Origin: an uncultured Pseudomonadota bacterium
GTDB taxonomy: Bacteria; Myxococcota_A; Polyangia; Nannocystales; Nannocystaceae
Direction of reading: 5' to 3'
Assembly (NCBI GenBank): GCA_913061055.1
Contig: CAJXVA010000004.1
Coordinates: 505-64,504 of the forward strand
DNA: 64,000 nucleotides
Numbering within the stretch: position 1 is the first letter of the stretch; every line of letters begins with the position of its first letter. Below are positions 36,630 through 45,937 of the stretch, one piece after another. Both the position numbers and the translations under genes were made by a program. The notes under the pieces were generated by a model that was given only the letters and a program-made list of their open reading frames with translations, ran no database searches and was not told where the DNA came from.

Positions 36630-37178
36630 TCACTGCGTGAACGCGCCGGCATCGAGCGCGAACCCGCGATGGTCGTGAAAGTCGGGCTCGGGCCTTGGAT
36701 GGTGCAACGCCCAGTACGAACACCCATCGTCGGGGGCGCGTGCGACAGCCGAGAGGCCCGCGCTGGCGGCATCTTCGATTCCCCGCAGCAGTGGCCCGGT
36801 GGCGACGAGTTGGAGGGTGTCGGTCTGGTGGATGACCGAGACCCTCACGCCCTCGTCAAAGGACGCCGAAGTCCGCACGCGGTAGCCCGAAAACTCAAAC
36901 CGCGTCGCTTGCCCAGTGGGCGAGAAGTTCCACTCGACGTAGCGACCGCTCGCGCTCGCCACGAACAGCTCCACGCACGTGTGCTCCCATAGTTTGTCTG
37001 GATCCAACGGCCTGCTGGGTAGCGCGAGATGTTCGAGCGCTCCGGCGAGCTCGAACGCGACACAAACCTCCTCGTGGTTCCGCGCCAGGCCGGCGCGAAC
37101 CGAGGTGATCGTTGGGCCGCGATGAGCCGGATGGCGCACGAGCGTTCTTCGGAATCGCGGGAGCGGCACGGCGTCCAT
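36630..37178 (-). CDS. DOMON/CBM9-like domain protein (tentative)
   Basis: ATG at 37176-37178. LWEHTCVELFVASASGRYVEWNFSPTGQA and SYWALHHP..PDFH..GF match the DOMON-like pattern. No signal peptide. Confidence 0.5.
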   Translation of the reverse strand: MDAVPLPRFRRTLVRHPAHRGPTITSVRAGLARNHEEVCVAFELAGALEHLALPSRPLDPDKLWEHTCVELFVASASGRYVEWNFSPTGQATRFEFSGYRVRTSASFDEGVRVSVIHQTDTLQLVATGPLLRGIEDAASAGLSAVARAPDDGCSYWALHHPRPEPDFHDHRGFALDAGAFTQ

Positions 37179-37197
37179 CAGCCCACACGCATGGGGG

Positions 37198-38133
37198 TCA
37201 CGGCAAGCTCGCGCTCCAGCCCAGCGGCGCCAGCCCCCACGCAGCCACAACAATACAGAGCAGGAGCACGCAGACATGGACCGGAAGGGACCGGCCCGGA
37301 GGATCATCCGTGGCCGCTGTCCCCGCCCGTCGCCATGGCACACAGAACAACATCAGCAGAAGGGACGCGCCCACATACGGCATCGTGTTGAGCAAGGTGA
37401 TGGCGGCGTGCAGGCCGAGGAGAAGCGCGCCCCAGAGCAACCGAAGACGGGGACCGAAGAGCAGGAGAAACGCTCCGCCTTCGATCACCAGCGTCGCCAC
37501 CGAAACCACAACCGCGAGCTCGACGTTCTCGATGACCGCGTCTCGTAGAGTGGCGAGCCACGTCCAGTCCGCCAGCGGTTGTTGCTGCAGCACCAGCGCC
37601 CGAACCTGCGCTCCATCAGCCCAAGCAGGACCGGTGGAGATCAGTTTGCTGAGCGCCGAGCCGGCGTAGGCCGCGGCGAGGCAACCCAATGCGCCCGCTT
37701 CTGCCAGGCGTTCCCGGAACTCACGGCTGGCCGAACCGCGTACGCTGGCAGCCCAGATCTGCCCGAGCGTCCAGCCGAACAGCACCGCCCCGGGAAAGAA
37801 CGCGTTGCGCGACGGGGACCCAAAAATCTGGGTCTGCCACTCACTGAGAACCGCCGCCCAACCCAGAGCCCACAGCCCAGCCGCGATAGGCCGTTGGTCC
37901 CGCGCCACGCCAAGCAAGCCGACGCACAGGAGCATGAGCAACACCCAAGGGGCTCCGGGGACATCGGACAGCCAGCGCGAGAGCGCGCCCGTCGGCGGGT
38001 AGTGCTGAGGATCTTGCGACTGCCCGTTGACCTGGACGGCCTCGGTCAATTGAGAAAGCCCGACGATGACCACGAGCCCGAGTCGCAAGGGCGCTCGAGA
38101 TCCGCCATCCCATGCCGAGCCCCAGAGCTTCAT
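37198..38133 (-). CDS. polytopic integral membrane protein (HTTM/SdpB-like suspected)
   Basis: ATG at 38131-38133. At least 7 hydrophobic helices. The family call is weak. Confidence 0.55.
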   Translation of the reverse strand: MKLWGSAWDGGSRAPLRLGLVVIVGLSQLTEAVQVNGQSQDPQHYPPTGALSRWLSDVPGAPWVLLMLLCVGLLGVARDQRPIAAGLWALGWAAVLSEWQTQIFGSPSRNAFFPGAVLFGWTLGQIWAASVRGSASREFRERLAEAGALGCLAAAYAGSALSKLISTGPAWADGAQVRALVLQQQPLADWTWLATLRDAVIENVELAVVVSVATLVIEGGAFLLLFGPRLRLLWGALLLGLHAAITLLNTMPYVGASLLLMLFCVPWRRAGTAATDDPPGRSLPVHVCVLLLCIVVAAWGLAPLGWSASLP

Positions 38134-38576
38134 CGGCGCCTCGCTCGGCACCGTGCCACGACACAGTCCTCGGCGTCTGTCGCGGGTTCGTCCAATCGAT
38201 ACGCCCGGGAGACGAGCGTGACTGGCACGTCCCCCTGCCCCGCGTTGCGCTGGAGATACTGCCTCTGGTCGCGCTCGACGTAGTCCAACAGACGGTGCTC
38301 CGGTCCGCACGTAGCCTCGACCGACTCCGCCTCCCATGTGCACGACCAGTCCTCAAACGCATCGACCTCGTCCGCACGGCCGTCTGCATCGAGCACGAGC
38401 ATCCTCGCCACCACCGCCGGAGCGTGGCCTTGATACATGTCAAAAACCGACAGTGGAAACAGGTTCCTCGGTCCTCGGGCGGCCACCACGTAAGTGACGA
38501 ACACCGCGAGCGCCACCACCCACGCCAGCGGCGGGCGCGACCGATCGGGCTCAGGCAACTGCGTCACCGTCTGCAC
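38130..38576 (-). CDS. single-pass membrane protein, unknown function
   Basis: One TM helix (LAWVVALAVFVTYVVAA). The stop overlaps the downstream ATG (ATGA). Confidence 0.55.
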   Translation of the reverse strand: MQTVTQLPEPDRSRPPLAWVVALAVFVTYVVAARGPRNLFPLSVFDMYQGHAPAVVARMLVLDADGRADEVDAFEDWSCTWEAESVEATCGPEHRLLDYVERDQRQYLQRNAGQGDVPVTLVSRAYRLDEPATDAEDCVVARCRARRR

Positions 38577-38659
38577 GCTACAGCACGTTCGTGCGGAGCT
38601 TTCGGCGACCGATACCCAACAAGTGCAACAAACCCGGCCGCACCGTGTCGGTAGTCGGG

Positions 38660-39895
38660 ATGGGAGAGTTGGAGAACACCGAGTTGCCGTGGGGACCCGG
38701 GAAAACCGCGCTGTTTCGATGGTTTGTGATCTTCTCGCTTGCGTTCATCGCGCCCTTGGAGCCGCTCACGAACCTGGTCATCCCGTGGATCGGGCAGACG
38801 CTTCTCGGTATCGAGTCCGAGATCGGACTCGAGATGACCGGAAGCGGGGACACCACGGCGTCCTACATTCGACTGCTGCTCCACGCGGTCGCGGCCGGCA
38901 TTGGCACGCTCGCCTGGACCCTCATCGCTGGCTCTCGTGCCCGATATCGCAGAGGCCTGCACTGGTTCACGTTCGCCCTCCGGCTCGCAGTCGCGATGTC
39001 CATGCTCCTCTACGGACTGGCCAAGATCGGCGAGGGACAGTTCGCCAGCCCGACGGACATGCGAATGCTTCAGTCCTACGGCGATTCCTCCCCGATGGGA
39101 TTGCTGTGGACCTTCATGGGACACAGCAAGGTGTACAGCTCGTTTACCGGGATGGCAGAGATCCTCGGCGCGTTACTGCTGCTCTCACGCCGCACGACTA
39201 CGCTTGGGGCGCTGGTCGTGGTGGGTGTGATGTCCAACGTGGTCATGCTCAACTTCTGCTACGACGTCCCCGTCAAGCTGTACTCGAGCCGCCTACTGGT
39301 GTGGGGGTTGTTCCTCGCCGCGTTGGACCGCCACCGGCTCTACGCGTTCTTTGCGAACGCCGGAGGGACCCAACCTCGGGTGCTGCCCCCGCTGTACGCG
39401 AAGCGCCGGGCCCATATTGCAGGCATCGTCGCGAAGGTGCTCACCGTGATGTTTGTCGGAGGCGCCGTCCTTGTCGGCCCGGTGCTCATGCGACCCGAAC
39501 CACCGGCAGCCACGGCGGAGTTCGTGGGCACCTACGCCGTCGTCACGGTTCAGCGCGATGATCAAGAGGTCCCGCCTCTGGTCACCGACGACGAGCGTTG
39601 GCACCGGGTGGTGCTCAGCGAACACGGCGTCTTCACGGTGTTCGGTACCAACGGTGCCCGTTCGTTCTACGGGGCGGAGTTCAACCCCGAAGCCGGCACG
39701 GTCGAGCTCAGCCGGCGCGTCCCTGATCAAGAGGAACGGGAGGTCCGATCATGGGGGTACGCCTTCGATGCGGACACCCGAACACTCGTCCTGTACGAGG
39801 GTCGGGACCGCATCGAGATGAAGAGCTTCGAGCCCGAGTTCCTGCTCCGCGACCGCGGATTCCACTGGATTCAAGAACACCCGTACAACCGGTGA
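38660..39895 (+). CDS. DoxX-family membrane protein with C-terminal soluble beta domain
   Basis: ATG at 38660. LYGLAKIGEGQF and GMAEILGALLLL DoxX-like helices. About 140-aa lipocalin-like C-terminal extension. Confidence 0.65.
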   Translation: MGELENTELPWGPGKTALFRWFVIFSLAFIAPLEPLTNLVIPWIGQTLLGIESEIGLEMTGSGDTTASYIRLLLHAVAAGIGTLAWTLIAGSRARYRRGLHWFTFALRLAVAMSMLLYGLAKIGEGQFASPTDMRMLQSYGDSSPMGLLWTFMGHSKVYSSFTGMAEILGALLLLSRRTTTLGALVVVGVMSNVVMLNFCYDVPVKLYSSRLLVWGLFLAALDRHRLYAFFANAGGTQPRVLPPLYAKRRAHIAGIVAKVLTVMFVGGAVLVGPVLMRPEPPAATAEFVGTYAVVTVQRDDQEVPPLVTDDERWHRVVLSEHGVFTVFGTNGARSFYGAEFNPEAGTVELSRRVPDQEEREVRSWGYAFDADTRTLVLYEGRDRIEMKSFEPEFLLRDRGFHWIQEHPYNR

Positions 39896-39935
39896 CGCTC
39901 TCGCCGGCCGCGTCTGGTAGCGTGAGCGCCCAAGC

Positions 39936-40781
39936 GTGGGCAAGGCCAAGCGAGCACTCTCGATCCGCAGCATTCGCAGTGCCGCGAAGAAGTCCAAGAA
40001 CGCAGAGCCCGGGCTCGATGCGATGTGGACCACGGTCGGGTGGCTCATCCCCGCCCAAGTCGTCGGACTTCTCGTCGCCGACGTCGGATTCTGGCTGAGC
40101 CTGATCACCGCCCTCGGCATCGCCGTTGGACTTGCAGTTGTCACCCCGATCTCCGCAGGCGTCGTCTCAGCGTTCACCGAGAAGCCAACCGCCGACCGTT
40201 TTACGTGGCTCGCGATGATCGCGGTCGCCGGGGCAGCCTGGTACGCGATGGCCGGCCCGGTGATGGCATTCCTTCTCGCCGGCCTCGGCATGCTCGTGTT
40301 TGGCATCTATGACCCCCGCTACCGAGCTCGGGAGTCACGGCAGGTCTACGGCGCCGCGCTGCCCCCCGAGCTCGCCGAGGACATCGCCGCGCTTCCCAAG
40401 AAGCTTGCCTCCTCGATCCGCGAGCGCATCGATCTCGCGCTCGCGTCGGTTGAGAGCCTTCACTCGCTTCAATCCGAGTTGCCCGAGGGCGACGCGTTGT
40501 GGACCGATGCGATGGCGTGCCTGCGACGCATCGTCGAACGGTCCAAGACCGTGGTTCGCCTCCGAGCGCTTCCGCAGCGCAGTCCAGACATCGACCGCGC
40601 CCACCAGACGATCGAAGACGAGCTCGACGACCTCGCGGCTCAACTCTCGGCTGCTGTGGACGCGGCGAGCCGCTTCATCGCGGTCGGCCCGTCCACTGCC
40701 CGGGAAGAACTGGCCGAGCGCGCTGAAGCTCTGCACGCGCTGGCCGAGGCGACCCAGGAAGTCGAAGACGTGCTCAGCTGA
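39936..40781 (+). CDS. membrane protein with C-terminal coiled coil, unknown function
   Basis: GTG start, basic N-terminus, 3-4 TM helices, then an acidic helical tail. Confidence 0.55.
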   Translation: MGKAKRALSIRSIRSAAKKSKNAEPGLDAMWTTVGWLIPAQVVGLLVADVGFWLSLITALGIAVGLAVVTPISAGVVSAFTEKPTADRFTWLAMIAVAGAAWYAMAGPVMAFLLAGLGMLVFGIYDPRYRARESRQVYGAALPPELAEDIAALPKKLASSIRERIDLALASVESLHSLQSELPEGDALWTDAMACLRRIVERSKTVVRLRALPQRSPDIDRAHQTIEDELDDLAAQLSAAVDAASRFIAVGPSTAREELAERAEALHALAEATQEVEDVLS

Positions 40782-40817
40782 TGACGGCCGACGCCGCGTC
40801 GTCATCGCGGGCGACGT

Positions 40818-41267
40818 CTACTTGGATCCGGGCAGATCCTTGCACTCGCCCTTCTTGAGCACGCCGGTCCCGGCTGCAGCGGCAGCGCAGGCGTTCGAGT
40901 ACTCCTTCTGATCGCAGCCGCAGACAGGGTCGTACTCCTGCGTGCACACCTCAGGCTTCTTCTTGCACACCGCCGTCGCGTCGGCCCAGCCGCACATCCC
41001 ACTGGGCTCGTACGCGCAGTATTCATCGGAAGCGCAGGGATTCCCCGCTCGAGCCCCGCAAACCGTCCCCTCGCTCGGCGGCTCCGGCTCCGGCTCCGGT
41101 GCCGGCTCGGGTGCTGGCTCGGGTGCTGGTTCCGGCGCGGGCTCAGGCGTGTTGACCGGGTTGGGGCTGGCGTCGTTCCCGGCGGTGCTGGGCGTGTTCG
41201 AGCACGCCAACGACAGCGAGACGGAAAACAGGAGGACCCACGGGCTGGACGCTCGAAGAGGACGCAT
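40818..41267 (-). CDS. lipoprotein with Kazal-type protease-inhibitor domain
   Basis: LSLAC lipobox and (PEPA)n linker. CTQEYDPVCGCDQKEYSNACAAAAAG...GEC matches the Kazal core PVCG.D..TY.N.C. Confidence 0.75.
   Translation of the reverse strand: MRPLRASSPWVLLFSVSLSLACSNTPSTAGNDASPNPVNTPEPAPEPAPEPAPEPAPEPEPEPPSEGTVCGARAGNPCASDEYCAYEPSGMCGWADATAVCKKKPEVCTQEYDPVCGCDQKEYSNACAAAAAGTGVLKKGECKDLPGSK
41080..41148 (-). repeat. 12-bp coding microsatellite encoding (PEPA)n
   Basis: ggctccggctccggctccggtgccggctcgggtgctggctcgggtgctggttccggcgcgggctcaggc. Confidence 0.85.
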
Positions 41268-41319
41268 GCGCGCACGGTACCAACCTCCAGGACCTCCTGG
41301 CGCCTATAGTCCCCGAGCC

Positions 41320-41991
41320 ATGGCTTTCGCCGAGCTCAGGTCTCCTCTGCCGCCGATCTCGTTCGTCATCTTCGACTGGGACGGCACGCTGTCCGACTCC
41401 AAGACGAACATCGTCGCGTGCTTGCGGAGCACACTCGCCGCGCTGGACGTCCCGGCGGGCGACGACGTCGAACTCGCCAGCGTCATCGGGCTCTCGCTCG
41501 ACGACGTGGGCCGAGCACTGATCCCGCACGCCGATGACTCCGCGGCCAAAGCGTTCAGCGCCCAGTATCGCAAGCAGTGGTACGCCGCCGGGCCTCCGTC
41601 GACCAAACTGTTCCCCGGGGTTCGGGAAACCCTGGTGACACTCCGAGACCGGGGACTCCCGCTCGCGGTCGCCACCGGGAAGAACCGTGCCGGCCTCGAC
41701 CGGGAACTTGGTGCGAATGAGCTCGGCGAGCATTTCGTTGCGACACGCACTGCGGACGAAACGAGGTCGAAGCCCGATCCGCAGATGCTGCACGAGCTCC
41801 TCGACGAGGTCGGAGTCCCGGCGGAGCAGACGGTCTTGATCGGCGACAGTCACTGGGACCTGCAGATGGCCAATGCTGCGGGCGTTCGCGCAGTCGCGGT
41901 GAGCTACGGAGCGCAACCGATCGAGCGGTTGTTGGAGTACTCGCCGTGGTCACAGATCGACGAGATCACCGAGCTGCTCGAGCGCATCTGA
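41320..41991 (+). CDS. HAD-superfamily hydrolase (phosphoglycolate phosphatase-like)
   Basis: ATG at 41320. FDWDGTL motif I, TGK motif II region, GDSHWD motif III. Confidence 0.8.
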   Translation: MAFAELRSPLPPISFVIFDWDGTLSDSKTNIVACLRSTLAALDVPAGDDVELASVIGLSLDDVGRALIPHADDSAAKAFSAQYRKQWYAAGPPSTKLFPGVRETLVTLRDRGLPLAVATGKNRAGLDRELGANELGEHFVATRTADETRSKPDPQMLHELLDEVGVPAEQTVLIGDSHWDLQMANAAGVRAVAVSYGAQPIERLLEYSPWSQIDEITELLERI

Positions 41992-42188
41992 GCACAAACA
42001 TCGGCACTCGAACGACCCTCGTACCGACCCGCCCGGGAGGCTACAGCGCCTGAGGGAGCGCACTAGGGGGCGATATCGGTCCCCCAAACCGTCGGGAACT
42101 CAGGATCTGTCCCAGATCTGCACCGGGCACCAACCCGCCGTCGAGTTCTGAACCTTGAAGTCCAGTCGACCCGGCCGATAGAGGTGTC

Positions 42189-43406
42189 ATGAGCGCTGCG
42201 TTGCCGTCTCCGAGCTTCGACCGAAACGAGGTCCGTGCCCGTTTCGCGTTGGACTATGTCCGCGACAGGCACCGGCGACTCATCGCAGGTGAAGAAGTCA
42301 TCGTCCACTGCCATCACTACAACTCCCGGATCCAGCGGACGGTCGAGGGGGCAGCGGGCATCGATGGAAAGGCCATCTTCCGCACTGCGGCCCGGACTGC
42401 GTTCCTCCGCCAGATTACGGCTGGGTTTCGAGACGGCGACGACGAAACTGCTCGCTGGGCCGTCGCCGAAGAACTGTTTGCGGAGCTCGGATACGGGAGC
42501 CTCGACCTCGCGGATCCGGCCAGCGACACCGTTCACCAAAGTGCCGGCCACTTCGTCGAAGGATGGGGGGTGGCGTTTGCCGATCAATCGAAACCGGTTT
42601 GCACGCTCGCGGAAGGCTTCATCGAGGCGGCATTCATGGCCGTCCGCGGGGAGTCGGTCGAGGTCCGTGAGACGCACTGCATGCACTGCGGCGCCTCCCA
42701 ATGCAGTTTCAGCATTCGGCGAGGAGTCGAAGCCTGGACGGCGCCGAGTCGTCCTGCGCGCAGAGAGTCCGTCTCGACTTCGGCAGATGCAGAACTCGCC
42801 GACTCCAACATCGACGACAACGCCATCATCCAGGCGGTCGTCGGCCTGCCCATCCGCGGCGGCGATGATGGGTTGATTCCAGCGTTCGGCGTGTACCTCG
42901 CCAACACACCAGCAGACTTCTACAACCAGGTGGCGATCGAGTTCGTCGAGGCGATGTCCGAGTCTGGACAGCGTGAGACCGCGTGCAGACTGCTCAGCGA
43001 AGCCGGTGAGAGCTGCGCGATGAACACGTTTCGGGGGATCATGGACTCGGCGGAGTGGGAAGCCCTCGTCGCGCCCATGTTGCAAGAACCCGCGGACACC
43101 TTGTTCGCGCTGGTCGCACTGTCCAACGCGTTCGGCTGGGGCAACTGGCGCATCACCGAACATGAGCCGGGGGAGACGCTGGAGATCGTGTCCTTCAATG
43201 GCTACGAGGCACTCGGGTTCCTCGAGAGCCGCGGGCAAGCCACACAGGCCCAATGCTGGATGCTCCAGGGCGTGTCCGCCGGAATGATGGCGTTGGTCTA
43301 TGGCGAGGGCAGCTTCTCCGAGCGTTTCGGAACCTACCTCACCGAGGAACACGACTGCATCGCCAAGGGCAACACGATGTGCGCCTTTGCCGTCGAGGAG
43401 TCGTGA
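42189..43406 (+). CDS. double V4R (4-vinyl reductase-type) small-molecule-binding domain protein
   Basis: Two halves, each ending in the V4R signature E..C...G...C.F.[IV]: ETHCMHCGASQCSFSI and EEHDCIAKGNTMCAFAV. AGAGG RBS. Confidence 0.6.
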   Translation: MSAALPSPSFDRNEVRARFALDYVRDRHRRLIAGEEVIVHCHHYNSRIQRTVEGAAGIDGKAIFRTAARTAFLRQITAGFRDGDDETARWAVAEELFAELGYGSLDLADPASDTVHQSAGHFVEGWGVAFADQSKPVCTLAEGFIEAAFMAVRGESVEVRETHCMHCGASQCSFSIRRGVEAWTAPSRPARRESVSTSADAELADSNIDDNAIIQAVVGLPIRGGDDGLIPAFGVYLANTPADFYNQVAIEFVEAMSESGQRETACRLLSEAGESCAMNTFRGIMDSAEWEALVAPMLQEPADTLFALVALSNAFGWGNWRITEHEPGETLEIVSFNGYEALGFLESRGQATQAQCWMLQGVSAGMMALVYGEGSFSERFGTYLTEEHDCIAKGNTMCAFAVEES

Positions 43407-43705
43407 CCCGCCGCGAGCGTGTGTACTCCTGCATTCACGCAGACACGTACAAGTACTTTCTTCCACGCGAGATCGTGCTCGATACCTGGAAGCGCTTGGA
43501 GAGCAAGTACGGCCGAGCCGTGACCAGTCCGGGATTCGGGGTCGTCGAGATCCGCACCCCGGCTCTTCTGCTGCGATCGACCCGGATGCTCAATCCGATC
43601 ACGGTCATCCGGCGACGCGCCTGCTCCACGGAGGGCGTCGCGTCCCTTCACCAACTTCTTCGATTTGAAGTCAACGATCACCCCTTGCCGCGCACCCACC
43701 CATGA
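43403..43705 (+). CDS. hypothetical 100-aa protein, translationally coupled on both sides
   Basis: GTG 43403 overlaps the V4R TGA (GTGA), and its TGA overlaps the kinase ATG at 43702 (ATGA). Third positions are mostly G/C in this frame. No family recognised. Confidence 0.5.
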   Translation: MTRRERVYSCIHADTYKYFLPREIVLDTWKRLESKYGRAVTSPGFGVVEIRTPALLLRSTRMLNPITVIRRRACSTEGVASLHQLLRFEVNDHPLPRTHP

Positions 43706-45927
43706 CCGACGCCAGCAACAGTCCGACGTCGCCCTTTGCGAGGGTCTCGATGGATGACCGATGGTCGATCGTCGAGGTCGACCCAGCCTTCGAGCCCATC
43801 ACAGGCATTGCCAGCGAGGGTGTGATCGGCAAGTCGGTCGAATCCATCATCTCCAGGCGAGACCGCCGTGGCTTGCTCGAGTTGGACCGACAGCGCTCGA
43901 CACACCAAGGCGGGTGGATCGACGTCATGTTGCAGCTGAGCGCGTCGGGCAACGACGCCCTGGTCCGCTTTCGCGCGACGGACAGCGAGAACGGTTGGGT
44001 GGGCTGGATTGAAAACGTGCTGTCCAACCCCAACGATGTGTTGCAGCGGCTCAACGCGGAGGCGGGCTGGTGCCGCAACGTGGTCTCGCGCTCAGACGAG
44101 GGCATCGTGGTTCTGCGGGCGGACAACACGGTTGCCGAGATCAACCAAAGCGCGCTCGACCTGCTCGCGTTCCGCTCCTCGGATGGCTTGCTGCTCTCCG
44201 AAGAGGTCGTCGTGGGATCGAGGTTCTTCGAACACCTGTGTGACGAGCAGTTCGCGGAGTTGCGGACTGGCGCGCGGAAAGCCCAGAAGAAGAAGAAATT
44301 CCGGCTCCTCACCGAGGGCGAACACGAAGGCCGATCGCTCGAGATTCGGCTCAGCGCCCTGCACCTTCCGGTCCGAGGACACGTCGGATGCACGCTGTCC
44401 ATTCGTGACATCACGGTCCAAAAAGAGATCGAGCAAGTCTCGGCCGAACTACGCATCAAGAACGAGGACATTCGCGTCATCCTGAGCAATCTCGTGCAGG
44501 GGATCTTCACCGTCGAGGCCGACCGACGCGTGCACCCCGAGTACTCGGAACACCTACCGCTGATCCTGGGGACGGACGAGATTGGTGGGCAGGATGCGAT
44601 CGAGCTTGTGTTCGCCTCGTCGTCAGTCGGACCCGACGACCGCGCACGGGCGCGTGCGGCCCTCGACCTGACGATCGGAGACTCGACGTTTGGCTTCGAG
44701 ATCAACCGCGACTGTTTCCCAACTCGATTCGGTCTTGTCCGCGATGGAGAGACACTGCAGGTCGAGGCCAACTGGGTTCCGATCGTCTCCGATGAGGACC
44801 TCGTCACACGAGTCATGGTCGTGCTTCGCGACGTGACCGAGCTCAACAAGCTACGAGATGCAGCTGCAGCGGGGCAGCGCGAGTTGGCCATGATCGCGGA
44901 ACTCCTCGCGACACCCCCGGGAACGCTCGAGGAATACGCAGCAGCTTGCGTCAGCGGGCTGAACCAGACCTTGGCCGCGGCTCGAGGAGAGCCCACCGAC
45001 CCCGTCGTATTGGCCCGCACGGTCCACACCCTCAAAGGCAACGCGCGCGCGTGCGGGCTCAAGGGGATGTGCGATGCCATTCACGAGCTCGAGGAACACC
45101 TCCTACGACCCGACCGGAACAACGACCAGCTGGCGGAAGCAGCCGTGCGGGCCCAGTCGGTCCTCCAGGAATACCGCGCACTGTCAGCCGACAAACTCAA
45201 ACGGACGGGCTCCGCGACTCACGGCGCCTCTGAAGAGGAACAGGGCGTGCTGCGAGAGGTCTTCTCTCTGGCCGCGCGGACGCCGGAAGCTCTTCCACCA
45301 TCGCTCCGCGACGTCGCGACCAACGCGGCTTTCGTCACGATTCGCCCTCGACTCGACGCCGTCGCGCAGAGTCTAGCCGAGCACGCGACTCGAGTAGGGA
45401 AGACACCACCGCGCTTCCGCTTCCCCACGGAGCTCCTCGTGCACCGAGGACACCTCCACCGGCTGCACGGTGCGTTTGTCCATCTGCTGACCAATGCCGT
45501 CGATCACGGCCTCGAGGATCGTGCGACCCGACGCGCAGCCGGAAAACCGTGCGCGGGTCGTATCGACATCACCGCGTCGAGCACCCCCGGAGGCATCGAG
45601 ATCCTTGTCGAAGACGACGGTGCGGGTCTCGCCCTCGGTCGGATGCGAGCCAAGTCCGGCCAGGCCGAGCTCTCTTTGGAGCAGGCCGTTGAAGCGGTCT
45701 TTGCACCCGGCAGCAGCACCGCAGACCGCGTCACGAACAGCTCAGGCCGAGGCATCGGCATGGCGGCCGTCCGAGCGGAGGTAGAGGACCTCGGTGGTTC
45801 GATTCACATGGAGTTCGATGGGGTCGACGTGACCGCGGACCGAGTCCCGTTTCGGTTTCGGATAACGCTTCCTGCAGCGGTGGCGAGGGTCTCGAACCCA
45901 TCGGACTCGCGGTCCGCCGCCGCATGA
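43702..45927 (+). CDS. multi-PAS HPt-domain histidine kinase (CheA-core-like, no CheW/P5 domain)
   Basis: PAS-like segments, HPt motif VHTLKGNARACGL, and HATPase_c (HLLTNAVDHGLE, DDGAGL, GRGIGM). Confidence 0.8.
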   Translation: MTDASNSPTSPFARVSMDDRWSIVEVDPAFEPITGIASEGVIGKSVESIISRRDRRGLLELDRQRSTHQGGWIDVMLQLSASGNDALVRFRATDSENGWVGWIENVLSNPNDVLQRLNAEAGWCRNVVSRSDEGIVVLRADNTVAEINQSALDLLAFRSSDGLLLSEEVVVGSRFFEHLCDEQFAELRTGARKAQKKKKFRLLTEGEHEGRSLEIRLSALHLPVRGHVGCTLSIRDITVQKEIEQVSAELRIKNEDIRVILSNLVQGIFTVEADRRVHPEYSEHLPLILGTDEIGGQDAIELVFASSSVGPDDRARARAALDLTIGDSTFGFEINRDCFPTRFGLVRDGETLQVEANWVPIVSDEDLVTRVMVVLRDVTELNKLRDAAAAGQRELAMIAELLATPPGTLEEYAAACVSGLNQTLAAARGEPTDPVVLARTVHTLKGNARACGLKGMCDAIHELEEHLLRPDRNNDQLAEAAVRAQSVLQEYRALSADKLKRTGSATHGASEEEQGVLREVFSLAARTPEALPPSLRDVATNAAFVTIRPRLDAVAQSLAEHATRVGKTPPRFRFPTELLVHRGHLHRLHGAFVHLLTNAVDHGLEDRATRRAAGKPCAGRIDITASSTPGGIEILVEDDGAGLALGRMRAKSGQAELSLEQAVEAVFAPGSSTADRVTNSSGRGIGMAAVRAEVEDLGGSIHMEFDGVDVTADRVPFRFRITLPAAVARVSNPSDSRSAAA

Positions 45928-45937
45928 AGAGCCGAGA

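Noticed and set aside
42071-42120. GGGGG-CGATATCGGT-CCCCC and GGATCTG-TCC-CAGATC hairpins, considered as a terminator of the HAD gene or an operator of the V4R operon.
   Set aside because: The stems are short, there is no U-run, and there is no second copy. This is too weak to annotate.
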